Shown: positions 8,822-18,646, counted from the first letter of the stretch. The stretch: DNA of 64,000 nt from an uncultured Actinomycetes bacterium (GCA_963760655.1 CAVXDR010000005.1:678345-742344), one strand, 5' to 3'. Program-made: numbers and translations. The notes: generated by a model from the sequence alone, not told the origin.

Positions 8822-9997
8822 ATGCCCGCCGTCGTCACACGCAAGGTCTGTCTGCTCGGGTTCGGGAACGTGGGGCGACGGTTCTGCGAGCTCGTCGCCC
8901 GCAACGACGACGAGCTCGCCCGGCGTCACGGCCTGCGGCTGCGCTTCGTCGCCGTGGGCACCGGGTCGCACGGCAGCATCGCCGGCCCCGCCGGCCTGAG
9001 CGCCGCCGAGGTGCTCGAGGTGGCCGACGCGGGGACGGCGCCGGGAGCCGGCGCGGCGCCCGTTTCGGCCGCACTGTTCCCCGAGGCCTCGCGACCCGGC
9101 ATCGAGCTGATCGTCTCGAGCGGCGCCGACGTGCTCGTCGAGGCGACCCCGCTCGACCCGCACGGCGGCCGCGCCGCGATCGCTCACGTCGAGGCCGCGC
9201 TCATCGGCGGCGCCGACGTCGTGACCGTCAACAAGGGGCCGATCGCCTGGGACCACCGACGCCTCGCCGGTCTCGCGGCGGCCCGCGGCCGGCGCCTGCT
9301 GTTCGAGGGCACGGTCATGGACGGCTGTCCCGTCTTCGACCTGTTCCGCTCCTGCCTGCCGGACTGCCGCTTGCTCGGCTTCGACGCGGTGTTCAACTCG
9401 ACCACCAACTTCATCCTCGACGCGATGGGCGAGGGCGCCGGCTTCGCCGACGCCCTCGCCCGCGTCCAGGCCGCCGGCTACGCCGAGACCGACCCCTCCC
9501 ACGACATCGACGGCCACGACGCGGCCGCCAAGACGGCGGCCCTCGCCACCGTGCTCATGGACTCGGCGGTCACGCCCGACGACGTCGCGAAGGACACGAT
9601 CCGCGGCATCACGGCCGAGCGCGTCGCGGCGGTGCGCAGCGCGGGCCGTCGCCTGCGCGTCGTCTGCTCGGCGGGCGAGCGCGGAGCGTCGATCGCCGAG
9701 CCGCGGGCCGCGGCCGACTCGGGTATCGCCGCGGCGGCCGCGGCGGGCGTCGACGCCGCGCCGGATGGCTCGGGCGAGTCGCGCGAGCCTGCCACGCGAC
9801 GCGTTCGCCCACCGGTCGTGCGCCTGACCGAGCTCGAACCCGACCACCCGCTGTACGCAGCGGGCGGCTCTACCCTGTCGGTCCTGCTGCACACCGACCT
9901 CATGGGCACCGTGCAGGTCGCCGAGCACGGCGCCCTGCCCGAGCAGACCGCTTACGCCGTGTACGCCGACCTGCTGTCGCTGCACGAGGGACGGTAG
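8822..9997 (+). CDS. hom: Homoserine dehydrogenase-like protein without ACT domain
   Basis: GFGNVG Rossmann motif, DVVTVNKGP, FEGTVMDGCP, FNSTTNFIL, GYAETDPSHDIDGHDAAAK. Start ATG 8822. Ala-rich insertion near the C-terminus. Confidence 0.8.
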   Translation: MPAVVTRKVCLLGFGNVGRRFCELVARNDDELARRHGLRLRFVAVGTGSHGSIAGPAGLSAAEVLEVADAGTAPGAGAAPVSAALFPEASRPGIELIVSSGADVLVEATPLDPHGGRAAIAHVEAALIGGADVVTVNKGPIAWDHRRLAGLAAARGRRLLFEGTVMDGCPVFDLFRSCLPDCRLLGFDAVFNSTTNFILDAMGEGAGFADALARVQAAGYAETDPSHDIDGHDAAAKTAALATVLMDSAVTPDDVAKDTIRGITAERVAAVRSAGRRLRVVCSAGERGASIAEPRAAADSGIAAAAAAGVDAAPDGSGESREPATRRVRPPVVRLTELEPDHPLYAAGGSTLSVLLHTDLMGTVQVAEHGALPEQTAYAVYADLLSLHEGR

Positions 9998-10026
9998 CCG
10001 GGCGGCTCGCAGGTCTCGGTCTGCGT

Positions 10027-10104
10027 CCCCGCCAGCCCGACCTGTGTCACCCCGCCAGCCCGACCTGCATCACCCCGCGGGCCCGACCTGCATCACCCCG
10101 CGGG
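10027..10104. repeat. Intergenic 23-bp tandem repeat, about 3.4 copies
   Basis: ccccgccagcccgacctgtgtca / ccccgccagcccgacctgcatca / ccccgcgggcccgacctgcatca / ccccgcggg. Confidence 0.85.
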
Positions 10105-10158
10105 CCGCCTGCGACGCCTCGCGGACCCCGCCTGCGCCACCCCACGGTGCGGCCCGCG

Positions 10159-11088
10159 CTACTCCTGGTCGTCGAGCGCCTGGCGGAAGCGCGTCACGGC
10201 AGCCGCGTTCCAGTCGACGTGGTCGTTGCGCGCGCCGGTCAGGTCCTTGAAGAAGGGTGACGCGTTGGCCATGGCGTGGCCGATCACGTCGTCGGTCGGG
10301 ATGTCGTAGGTGGCCTGCAGCCAGGCGACCAGGCGCAGGCCGGCGTCGACCTGTCGCTGCCGCGCGAAGATGTCGGCGATCGCCTGCGCGGGCCCCGAGG
10401 CGGCCGGCTGCACGAACTCGATGCCGATCGCGCACCAGTCGAGCCCGACGGCGTGGCGGCAACGTACGTCGAGCGGCACCTGCTGATAGATCGTGCCGTT
10501 CTCGTCGATCACGAAGTGAGCGGCCACCCCTGGCAGCTCGCCGAGGGCCGGCGCGTTGGCGGCGAAGGTCGCGTGCGCCGAGGCGTAGGTCGAGGTCGCC
10601 GTGTAGTGGAGCACGATGACCTTGGGGTGCAGCACCCACGTGTCCTGGCCGTAGTGACGCTTGCAGAATGCCGCCATCTCGGCCTTGCGAGTCGCGCCGT
10701 AGGGGATGAGGTCCGACACGATCGGCGGCGCCGGTATGCCGGCGCTCGCGCCCGGGCTGGGCGAGACGCCGCTCTCGGCCGGGCTCGGCGAGACGCCGTG
10801 CTGGGCCGTCGGCGAGGCGCTTGGCGATGCCGCGGGCCCGCCGGAGCCGGTCGCCGCGGCGCTCGGACCGGCAGACGCGCCGGCGAGCGCGACCGGCGGT
10901 CCGGGTCGTGCGCCTTTGTGCGCCCAGCGCTGCCAGGGCTTGAACACGGCGAGCGCCGCCGCCAGCACCACGAGCACGAGTACGACGAACACGAGGCCGC
11001 GCCGCCGGCGCGTGCGCCGGCGCGACGCCTCGCGCCGCGCCATGCGGGTGCCCTGCTCGCCGGGGCCGCGCTCGAAGAAATCGCTCAT
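10159..11088 (-). CDS. Membrane-anchored N-acetylmuramoyl-L-alanine amidase (Amidase_2 / PGRP-like)
   Basis: Basic N-terminus, TM helix, Ser/Pro linker, then VIVLHYT, AHFVIDENGTIYQ, RHAVG..AIGIE, VIGH. Confidence 0.85.
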   Translation of the reverse strand: MSDFFERGPGEQGTRMARREASRRRTRRRRGLVFVVLVLVVLAAALAVFKPWQRWAHKGARPGPPVALAGASAGPSAAATGSGGPAASPSASPTAQHGVSPSPAESGVSPSPGASAGIPAPPIVSDLIPYGATRKAEMAAFCKRHYGQDTWVLHPKVIVLHYTATSTYASAHATFAANAPALGELPGVAAHFVIDENGTIYQQVPLDVRCRHAVGLDWCAIGIEFVQPAASGPAQAIADIFARQRQVDAGLRLVAWLQATYDIPTDDVIGHAMANASPFFKDLTGARNDHVDWNAAAVTRFRQALDDQE

Positions 11089-11174
11089 CGTCCTCCGTCT
11101 TCTGGCGTAGCCCTACACCGTACACGCCGCCGAGCGGTGGTGCACGCTCCGGTGCGGCTCGGGCGCCCCCGGGC

Positions 11175-12008
11175 TCAGACGGCCAGCGCGAGCAGGCTGA
11201 CGCCGGCCAGCGTGCAGGCGATGCCGACCCATTGATGCCGGCGCGGCCGCTCGTGGAGCAGCGCCACGCCGAGGATCACGGCGAAGGTGCCGAACTGGGT
11301 CGTGGCGATGGCCGCGACCGTGGGCGGCCCCAGCGCGATCGCGATCGTAAAGCACGACAGGCCGCCGAGCTCGAGCGCGCCGGCGCCGACCGCCACCGGG
11401 CGCAACCGCCCGGGCAGGGTGAGGCCGCCGGTCAGCAGCGCGAACGGCAGGGCGATGACGAGAGAGACCGACCGTGAGACCGCCGTCTGCGACAGCCAGC
11501 TCAGGGCGTGGGCGTAGCTGTACAGCACGAGGACGGCGCCGAACAGCAGGCCCGACGCCAGGGCCCAGGGAACGCCGCGGGCCGTCTTGGCGCGACGCTC
11601 GACCGAGGCGAGCACGGCGCCCAGCACGCACAGCGCGAGCGACAGACCGAGCAGCGGGGTCAGCCGTGCGCCGAGCACCACGAAGGCACCGGTCGCGTAG
11701 GCGCCCTGCAGCGCGTTCAGCGCCGACATCAGGCCGAGGTCGCCGCTCGCCAAGGCGCGCAGCAGGCAGACGAAGGCGACGACATAGGCGGCGCCGGCGA
11801 GGCCCGCAAAGCCGGCGGCGCGCCACTGCGCGCCGCCGCTCGGCAGCCCGTCGACGATGAGCGCCACCGGCAACACGATGACGGCACCGGTCAGGAGCAC
11901 CCAAGCGACCTGGGTGAGCGCGCGGGTGGCCCGCGTGACCCGCTGCGAGAGCATGTCGCTCGACGCATAGGAGAAGGCGGAGAGCAGGCCGACGAGGACG
12001 GTGAGCAC
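11175..12008 (-). CDS. EamA/DMT-family transporter, probably leaderless
   Basis: About 10 hydrophobic segments; C-terminal LLHER...QWVG. TAGACT lies 6 nt before the GTG. Confidence 0.8.
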   Translation of the reverse strand: MLTVLVGLLSAFSYASSDMLSQRVTRATRALTQVAWVLLTGAVIVLPVALIVDGLPSGGAQWRAAGFAGLAGAAYVVAFVCLLRALASGDLGLMSALNALQGAYATGAFVVLGARLTPLLGLSLALCVLGAVLASVERRAKTARGVPWALASGLLFGAVLVLYSYAHALSWLSQTAVSRSVSLVIALPFALLTGGLTLPGRLRPVAVGAGALELGGLSCFTIAIALGPPTVAAIATTQFGTFAVILGVALLHERPRRHQWVGIACTLAGVSLLALAV

Positions 12009-12049
12009 GGCGGTAGTCTACAGGAGGGAGCGCGGCGGCCGGAGCGCGC

Positions 12050-13849
12050 CTACAGCGACAGCAGCTCGTCGCGGGCGGCGCCGTCGGCGCGTGCCGGGGC
12101 CGGCACGCCGAGCGCGCGGCAGATGCTCGGCGCCACATCGATGAGCCGCACCGTATGGTCGGGGAGCTCGCCGCGCGCCGCGCCGGCGCCGGCGAACAGG
12201 CAGAGCGCCGGCATGCCCCAGTCGCCGGCGGCGACGATCTCGCCGGGGAGCATCGCGCCGTGGACCCCGGAGAACTGCGGCCGCACGGCATACACGACGT
12301 CGCCGGCGCCCGGTCCGCCGACGCCGAGCGCGGCGGCGCCGTCGGCGGGCGCGACGAGCGTGAAGGGGCTTACGCCGGTGTCGGGGTCGCGGTAGGCGCG
12401 CAGCGCGTCGAGCACGCGCTCGAGCACGCGCGCGGCGGCGGCGCGGCCGACGATCCCCTGCGGCTCGCGGCCCGCCCGGTTCAGACGCACGAAGCAGGTG
12501 CCCTGCGGCGCCGCGAGCGTCCGGCGCCAGTCGACCCGGCCATCTGCGTCGGTCGCGTACAGCCCCGCGTCACGCAGGATGCCGGCGAGCGGCAGTGCCT
12601 GCCCGGGCGGTATCACGCCGTGATCCGACACGAGCACGACGAGCGCATCGTCGCCGGCCGCCTCGACGAGGCGGCCGATCGCGGCGTCGACCACGCCGTA
12701 GACGCGCAGCTCGGCCTCTTCGAAGTGACGCTCGCCCACGCCGCACGTCGCCCGCCGACTCACCGCGTCGAGGCACAGATGATAGAAGGTGTCGACCGCG
12801 TGGAAGTGCGTGCAGAGCAGGTCGCAGGGCTCGCGCTCCAGCAGGAAGGCGCAGGCGTCGGCGAGCCAGCGGCTCGACAGGTCGATGAGCTCCACGAGGG
12901 TGTCGAGGTCGATCCGCCCGGCCGCGAACGATCCCCAGCCCACGCCGGGGGTCGGCAGGCCGCCGAAGCCGGCCCAGCCGTCGAGCACCCCCGCCGGCTG
13001 TTCGAGCCAGGCCGGCCGGCAGATGTCGGTGACGTACAGACGCAGGCGCCCGGCGGACGGGTCGAGGTCGAGCAGCTTGAGCATGAAGAGGCCGGTCGCC
13101 GCGCGTCCGTCGGCGACGAAGGAGCAGGCGAGGCGCTCGCTCGACTCGCCGGGGGCGAGCTCGGCGAGCGCCTCGTCCGTCCCCGGCAGGCCGAAGCGCG
13201 CGACAGACCGGTCCGAGCGCTCGACGATGCGGCAGGTGAGCGCGAAACCCGGAACCAGCGGGTCGAACGCCGCGGCGAACGTGAACGGCAGCTCGAACGG
13301 CGCGCCGTCGGCCGGCAGCGCGACGCGCGTCGTCCCGGGCTCGCCCTCCGTCGAGAAGGACTGTTCGGCGGCGAGCGCCACCAGGCGCTCCCTGCCGGGC
13401 AGGTCGATGCGCCACTCGTCGAGCTCGAGCCCGGCCCCGCCCACGACGACGAGCCGGCCCCGGGGGGTCGCGGGTCGCGGCGGCCACGAACCCGGCCAGT
13501 TCACCACGACGGCCTGCCGGCCGCCGCGGGCCGCCGCCTCCCACACGGTCTCGGCGCCGACGGCGCGCGCATCGAAGCCCTGCGGTCCCTGGTCGGGCAG
13601 GTCACCCGGCCGGTGCGGGTTGAAATCGGTCACGCCATGGGTGCTCGGCCAGGCGCCGGTGGCGATCGTCGCCCAGTTGGTGGTGGTCAGGGTGGGCATC
13701 GCCGGCAGGGCGCGGGTGAAGCAGCCGTCGGCGAGCAGGCGCCGGCCGACGGGCAGCACACCGGCGCCGGCGAAGCGACGCCAGCGCCCCGGCACGGCCG
13801 CGTCGAGGCCGATCAGCAGCACACGCCGCGGCCGGGTCGTCACGCCCAC
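12050..13849 (-). CDS. Alkaline phosphatase superfamily, type I phosphodiesterase/nucleotide pyrophosphatase
   Basis: LLIGLDAA, PTLTTTNWATIATGAWPSTHGV (Thr nucleophile), DTFYH, LVSDHG, GVHG, IDVAPSI. Start uncertain (13843-13948). Confidence 0.82.
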   Translation of the reverse strand: MGVTTRPRRVLLIGLDAAVPGRWRRFAGAGVLPVGRRLLADGCFTRALPAMPTLTTTNWATIATGAWPSTHGVTDFNPHRPGDLPDQGPQGFDARAVGAETVWEAAARGGRQAVVVNWPGSWPPRPATPRGRLVVVGGAGLELDEWRIDLPGRERLVALAAEQSFSTEGEPGTTRVALPADGAPFELPFTFAAAFDPLVPGFALTCRIVERSDRSVARFGLPGTDEALAELAPGESSERLACSFVADGRAATGLFMLKLLDLDPSAGRLRLYVTDICRPAWLEQPAGVLDGWAGFGGLPTPGVGWGSFAAGRIDLDTLVELIDLSSRWLADACAFLLEREPCDLLCTHFHAVDTFYHLCLDAVSRRATCGVGERHFEEAELRVYGVVDAAIGRLVEAAGDDALVVLVSDHGVIPPGQALPLAGILRDAGLYATDADGRVDWRRTLAAPQGTCFVRLNRAGREPQGIVGRAAAARVLERVLDALRAYRDPDTGVSPFTLVAPADGAAALGVGGPGAGDVVYAVRPQFSGVHGAMLPGEIVAAGDWGMPALCLFAGAGAARGELPDHTVRLIDVAPSICRALGVPAPARADGAARDELLSL

Positions 13850-14011
13850 ATCGGCCGCCGTGTCGCGGACCGCGCAGGGCGTCTCTCGCCTGTGTGGGAG
13901 CAGCCCACGAGATCCCCCGGTCGTTTGCCGGGCGGCGCTCAGCGCCACCCGCGATGGCCATCATACGCAAGCCATCGCGGGCGGCCAAGCCGGGCCGTTG
14001 CCGAGGCAGGG

Positions 14012-15226
14012 CTACCGCGCTGGCGGCCGGCTCACGAGGCTGTCGGCGTAGCGGCGCGGCGAGAGGGCGACGTGCTTCTCGGCGATGGTCTCGGCCAGGC
14101 GGTCGAGCGCCTCGAAGTCGGTCGCGCGCGGCAGACCCTTGACCATCACGGGCTCGAGGAACTCGAGCTTGAGGCGTCCGAGCAGCTCCTGGATGGTCTC
14201 GACCGTCCTGCCCGCCCAGCCGTACGAGCCGATCACCGTCGCGAACTTGGTGCGCGGCCGCAGAGCATTGGCCAGAAAGGCCGCGCTCGCCGCGAGCGGA
14301 TGCGGTCCGGTCAGCACGGTGGGGGTGCCGAGCACGAGCGTGCCGGCGTGGACGAGCGACGTCGCAAGCTCGCCGGCGTCGAGCGTGGTCAGGTCGAAAC
14401 GCTCGACGGTGACGCCGCGGTCGGAGAGCGCCGTCGTCAGGCGGTCGACCATCAGGCGCGTGCTGTCGTGCATCGACACGAACGGCAGGCAGACGATGTT
14501 CTGGGGCTCGCCGCCGGCCCAGTCGCGGTAGGCGTCGATGATGAAAGCGGGGTCGTCGTAGACCGGCCCGTGACTCGGCCCGATCAGCTCGATCGGATAG
14601 CGCGTGACCTTGTCGATGTTCTTCAGCACTTGCGGGCCGAACGGCATCATGATCTCGGCGTAGTAGCGCTTGGCGCCGTCGTAGACCTCGTGGCGGTCGG
14701 CGAACAGGTCGCTCGTCGCCAGGTGCGAGCCGAAGAAGTCGCAGCTGAACAGCACGCGGTCCTCGGCCAGCCAGGTGCACATGGTCTCGGGCCAGTGCAC
14801 CCAGGGTGTGAAGACGAAGGTGAGCGTCTTGCCGCCCAGGTCGAGCGTGTCGCCGTCGGCCACGATGCGAAACCGGCCGTCGTCGACGTGCAGATGGTCG
14901 ACCAGCATCGCCCTGGCCTTCTCGTTGCACACGACCACGAGGTCGGGGTACCGCTCGAGCAGCAGCGGCGTGCAGCCCGAGTGGTCCTGCTCGACGTGGT
15001 GGATCACGAGGTAGTCGGGCGCGGGCAGCTCGTCGAGCTGACCGGCGAGGGTCGCCCAGGCGGCGGGATCGACGGTGTCGATCAGCGCGCTCTTCTGGGC
15101 GCCCTTCACGAAGTAGGCGTTGTAGCTCGTGCCGTCGGGCAGCGGGATGAGGGCGTCGAACAGGCGCCGGTCCCAGTCGACGTGGCCGATCAGGTAGACG
15201 TTGTCGCGGAGCGCTCGTGCTTTCAT
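14012..15226 (-). CDS. fprA: FprA flavodiiron protein (O2/NO reductase), class A
   Basis: GTSYNAY, HHVEQDHSG diiron motif, PWVHWPETM, FSCDFFGSH, PSHGP; flavodoxin SMHDST..GSYGW. Confidence 0.93.
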   Translation of the reverse strand: MKARALRDNVYLIGHVDWDRRLFDALIPLPDGTSYNAYFVKGAQKSALIDTVDPAAWATLAGQLDELPAPDYLVIHHVEQDHSGCTPLLLERYPDLVVVCNEKARAMLVDHLHVDDGRFRIVADGDTLDLGGKTLTFVFTPWVHWPETMCTWLAEDRVLFSCDFFGSHLATSDLFADRHEVYDGAKRYYAEIMMPFGPQVLKNIDKVTRYPIELIGPSHGPVYDDPAFIIDAYRDWAGGEPQNIVCLPFVSMHDSTRLMVDRLTTALSDRGVTVERFDLTTLDAGELATSLVHAGTLVLGTPTVLTGPHPLAASAAFLANALRPRTKFATVIGSYGWAGRTVETIQELLGRLKLEFLEPVMVKGLPRATDFEALDRLAETIAEKHVALSPRRYADSLVSRPPAR

Positions 15227-15370
15227 CGGGATCAGACCCCCGTGGCGTCTGTTGGCGGTCGCAAGGTCCCGCGATTATACCGTCGGCAACGAGAGCCGCC
15301 GCCCCGCCGGTCTTCGCTGGCCGGAAGCACACGAATCGCGTATGGTCCGTGCCAGATCCTGGGAGGGGAC

Positions 15371-17038
15371 ATGAGCGATCTGATCCTGCGCACCGACTCC
15401 GCGTACGACTACCAGCTCACCATCAAGAACCTGTTCCTCACGCCGATCGCCGACAACCCCGAGCAGGAGATCACCTACCGGGGCCAGTTCCGCATGAGCT
15501 ACCGGACCTTCCGCGAGCGCGTGCGGCGCCTCGCGGCGGCGCTCATCGGCCTGGGCGTCAAGCCGGGCGACACCGTCGGCGTGCTCGACTGGGACAGCCA
15601 TCGCTACCTCGAGTGCTTCTATGCGGTCCCCATGATCGGCGCCGTGCTCCACACGGTGAACGTGCGCCTGTCGCCCGAGCAGCTCGTCTACACGATCGCC
15701 CATGCCGAGGACGGCCTGCTGCTCATCAACGACGAGTTCCTGCCGCTCGTCGAGCACATCCGGGGGCGCATCGACACCGTCAAGCAGATGGTCCTGCTGG
15801 CCGACGACCCCGGTGCCGAGACGCCGCTGGCCTTCGCCGGCGAGTACGAGGCGCTGCTCGCGGCGGCCACGCCCCTCGCCGAGTTCCCCGAGCTCGACGA
15901 GAACACGCGCGCCACCACGTTCTACTCGACGGGCACGACCGGCCTGCCCAAGGGCGTGGGCTTCACGCATCGCCAGATCGTGCTGCACGTGCTGTCCTGC
16001 ACGGCGACGATCTGCTCGGCGCGCGCCGCCACCCTGTCGCGCTCCGACGTGTACATGCCGCTCACCCCGATGTTCCACGTGCACGCCTGGGGCATCCCCT
16101 ACATCGCGACGATGCTCGGCCTCAAGCAGGTCTACCCCGGCAAGTACGTGCCCGATGTGCTGCTGCGGCTGCTCGCCACCGAGGGCGTCACCTACTCGCA
16201 CTGCGTGCCCTCGATCCTGCACATGCTGGTCGGCAACCCCGCCGCCGCCGCGGTCGACCTGTCGCACTGGAAGGTGATCATCGGCGGCGCCGCTCTGCCC
16301 AGGTCGATCGCCTACGCGGCGCTCAAGCGCGGCATCGACGTGGTCGTCGGCTACGGCCTCTCGGAGACCTGCCCGGTGCTCACCATCTCCGACCTCACGA
16401 GCGAGCAGTGCGAGCTGCCGCTCGAGGAGCAGGCCCGGCTGCGCAGCCGCACCGGCACGCCGATCGCCCTCGTGAACCTCGAGGTGGTCGACGCGCAGGG
16501 CGCCGCTGTGGCGCGCGACGACCGCGCGACCGGCGAGATCGTGGCGCGCGCGCCCTGGCTCACGCAGGCCTACCACAAGGACCACGCCAACTCCGAGAAG
16601 CTCTGGCAGGGCGGCTGGCTGCACACGCAGGACATCGCCGCCTGGGACGAGCATGCGTCGGTGCGTATCACCGACCGCGCCAAGGACATCGTCAAGGTCG
16701 GCGGCGAGTGGCTCTCGTCCCTGGAGATCGAGGACATCCTCATGGCCCACGAGGGCGTCGCCGACGTCGCCGTGATCGGCCGCCCCGACGAGCGCTGGAC
16801 CGAGGTGCCGCTCGCGCTCGTCGCGCGCAAGCCCGGCCACGAGCCGACCGAGGCCGACCTGCACGCCCACATCAAGAGCTACATCAAGGCCGGCGTGCTG
16901 CCCCGCGAGGCGCTGCTCACCGCCGTGCAGTTCGTGCCCGAGGTCGTGCGCAACGGCCTCGGCAAGATCAACAAGGTGGCCATGCGCGAGCGCTATCTCG
17001 AGGCGCCCGAGGCGACCGCACCGACGCCCGCGTCCTGA
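15371..17038 (+). CDS. AMP-dependent acyl-CoA synthetase (medium-chain fatty-acid-CoA ligase / DmdB-like)
   Basis: YSTGTTGLPKGV P-loop, PMFHVHAWG, GYGLSET, GWLHTQD, DRAKDIVKVGGEW, GKINK. Real start ATG 15371 with SD GGAGG; the track's 1627-aa ORF is an upstream extension artefact. Confidence 0.92.
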   Translation: MSDLILRTDSAYDYQLTIKNLFLTPIADNPEQEITYRGQFRMSYRTFRERVRRLAAALIGLGVKPGDTVGVLDWDSHRYLECFYAVPMIGAVLHTVNVRLSPEQLVYTIAHAEDGLLLINDEFLPLVEHIRGRIDTVKQMVLLADDPGAETPLAFAGEYEALLAAATPLAEFPELDENTRATTFYSTGTTGLPKGVGFTHRQIVLHVLSCTATICSARAATLSRSDVYMPLTPMFHVHAWGIPYIATMLGLKQVYPGKYVPDVLLRLLATEGVTYSHCVPSILHMLVGNPAAAAVDLSHWKVIIGGAALPRSIAYAALKRGIDVVVGYGLSETCPVLTISDLTSEQCELPLEEQARLRSRTGTPIALVNLEVVDAQGAAVARDDRATGEIVARAPWLTQAYHKDHANSEKLWQGGWLHTQDIAAWDEHASVRITDRAKDIVKVGGEWLSSLEIEDILMAHEGVADVAVIGRPDERWTEVPLALVARKPGHEPTEADLHAHIKSYIKAGVLPREALLTAVQFVPEVVRNGLGKINKVAMRERYLEAPEATAPTPAS

Positions 17039-17080
17039 GACGGCGCGGGCGGGCGGCGGCCGCCGCCCGCCCGCGCCGTC
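17039..17080. terminator. Perfect 42-bp palindrome right after the ligase stop (likely bidirectional terminator or REP-like element)
   Basis: gacggcgcgggcgggcggcgg|ccgccgcccgcccgcgccgtc. Confidence 0.6.
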
Positions 17081-17130
17081 CTGCGCCCCGGTCGCTCACC
17101 CGGCGGCGAACTCGCCGCCCGCCCGACTCA

Positions 17131-17202
17131 TCAGGTCGCGACGAGCACGACCAGCGTCAGCACGAAGGCGACGAGCGCCGCTGTGCGCAGTCCCCATGCC
17201 AT
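17131..17202 (-). CDS. Putative 23-aa hydrophobic small protein MAWGLRTAALVAFVLTLVVLVAT
   Basis: ATG 17202 preceded by AAAGGGGG-ACGCC; GC3-rich codons; tandem TGA TGA stops; followed by hairpins at 17102-17119 and 17039-17080. Confidence 0.5.
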   Translation of the reverse strand: MAWGLRTAALVAFVLTLVVLVAT

Positions 17203-17335
17203 GGCGTCCCCCTTTGTGGCGCGCTGCTTCCTGCAGGGCGCTGATACCGCGAAGCGGGAGGCGGCAGGCCGTTCATCGGCGCCATCGCAAGCGACGGCGC
17301 TCCCGGCCGGCAGGCGGCTCCGGCCGGTCGGCGGG

Positions 17336-18571
17336 TCAGGTGCGGGAACGACCCTCGAGCTCGTCGGCGAGCTGCTCGACGAACAGGCCGACGTCGGTGA
17401 CCACGCCGACGGTCTGAAAGCTGCCGCGGTCGGCGAGCTTGGTGACGACCGCCGGGTTGATGTCGACGCAGACCGTGTGGACTGCGGCGGGCAGCAGATT
17501 GCCCGTGGCGATCGAGTGCAGCATGGTCGAGAGCATCAGGCAGGCGCCCGCGCGCTGGGCGTAGGCGCGCATGGCGCGCTGCGCTTGCATGACGTCGGTG
17601 ATCACCTCGGGCAGGGGGCCGTCGTCGCGGATCGAGCCGGCCAGCACGAACGGCGTACCGGTCGTGACCAGGGCGTGCATGAGGCCCGACGTCAGCACGC
17701 CCTGCTCGACGGCCGCCGCTAGGCCGCCGCAGCGTCGCACCGTGTTGATGGCGCGCAGGTGGTGCTCGTGGCCGCCGGGCACCGGCATGCCGGTCTTCAT
17801 GTCGATGCCGAGCGAGGTGCCGAAGAGCGCCGACTCGACGTCGTGGGTGGCCACGGCGTTGCCGCCGAACAGCGCGCCGACGTAGCCCGACCTGATCAGG
17901 CGGGCGAGCTGCGCGGCCGAGCCGGTGTGCACCACGGCCGGGCCGACCACGGCGATGGTCAGGCGGCCCTCGTCGCGCACCCGGCGCAGCAGCCGGGCGA
18001 CCTCGTGCACGATCTGTGCCTTGGGCTTCTCGCTCGACACGGCCGACGCCATGAACTCGAAGGGCTGACTCTCGCGGGGCCGTTCGAGCGGCAGGACGCG
18101 GATGCCCTTATGGCCGGTCACGAAGAGCTCACCGGCCTTCACGTCGTTCATGGCGACCGTCTCGGCCGCCCTCGCGGCCGTGTCGATGCGGATGCCGCAA
18201 TCCATCTCCGGGTTGAGGACGCGCACCCACTCGCCGCCGATGCGGACGAACGTGGTGAGGTTGGTCGTCGAGTAGAAGCGCTCGGGAAAGACGCCGTCGG
18301 CGTCGGCGGCCTCGAGCGCGACGTCCTGCGGCCGGACGGCGACCACGCCGAACTCGGTGATCGCCGTCATGAGCTCGTCGAGATGGGCGGCGTCGCGCCC
18401 GAACACGCGCATGACGGCGTGCGAGGGGTCGTCCTTCATGCGTCCGACCTCGAACGTGAGCATCTCGAACTCGCCCTCGAGGTCCATGATGCGGTCCATG
18501 ATCTGAGGCATCATGAGCGAATCGATGAGGTGACCCTCGATCTCGACGTCTTCGTAGGGCTTGTCCGGCAC
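17336..18571 (-). CDS. TIGR00300-family protein (ornithine cyclodeaminase-like; homologous to the C-terminal part of cyanobacterial AgrE/ArgZ)
   Basis: EGHLIDS, DGVFPERFYSTTN, PEMDC, FEFMASAVSSEKPK, GPAVVHTG, GNAVATHDVE, LAGSIRDDGPLP, MLHSIATGNLLP, VTKLADRGS. Confidence 0.88.
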   Translation of the reverse strand: MPDKPYEDVEIEGHLIDSLMMPQIMDRIMDLEGEFEMLTFEVGRMKDDPSHAVMRVFGRDAAHLDELMTAITEFGVVAVRPQDVALEAADADGVFPERFYSTTNLTTFVRIGGEWVRVLNPEMDCGIRIDTAARAAETVAMNDVKAGELFVTGHKGIRVLPLERPRESQPFEFMASAVSSEKPKAQIVHEVARLLRRVRDEGRLTIAVVGPAVVHTGSAAQLARLIRSGYVGALFGGNAVATHDVESALFGTSLGIDMKTGMPVPGGHEHHLRAINTVRRCGGLAAAVEQGVLTSGLMHALVTTGTPFVLAGSIRDDGPLPEVITDVMQAQRAMRAYAQRAGACLMLSTMLHSIATGNLLPAAVHTVCVDINPAVVTKLADRGSFQTVGVVTDVGLFVEQLADELEGRSRT

Positions 18572-18646
18572 GACGCCTCCCGGTCACGTCCGCGCGCCAC
18601 GCCGCGTATTGTCTCACACCCGCCCGGGCCGAGGTCGGCGGCGGCC

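Noticed and set aside
10027-10104. Mini CRISPR array
   Set aside because: The repeats are directly adjacent with no spacers, and there are no cas genes.
12155-17038. 1627-aa ORF as a giant fusion protein
   Set aside because: Only 15371-17038 looks like protein. The rest is the stop-free antisense shadow of the phosphodiesterase and fprA genes, which is common at high GC.
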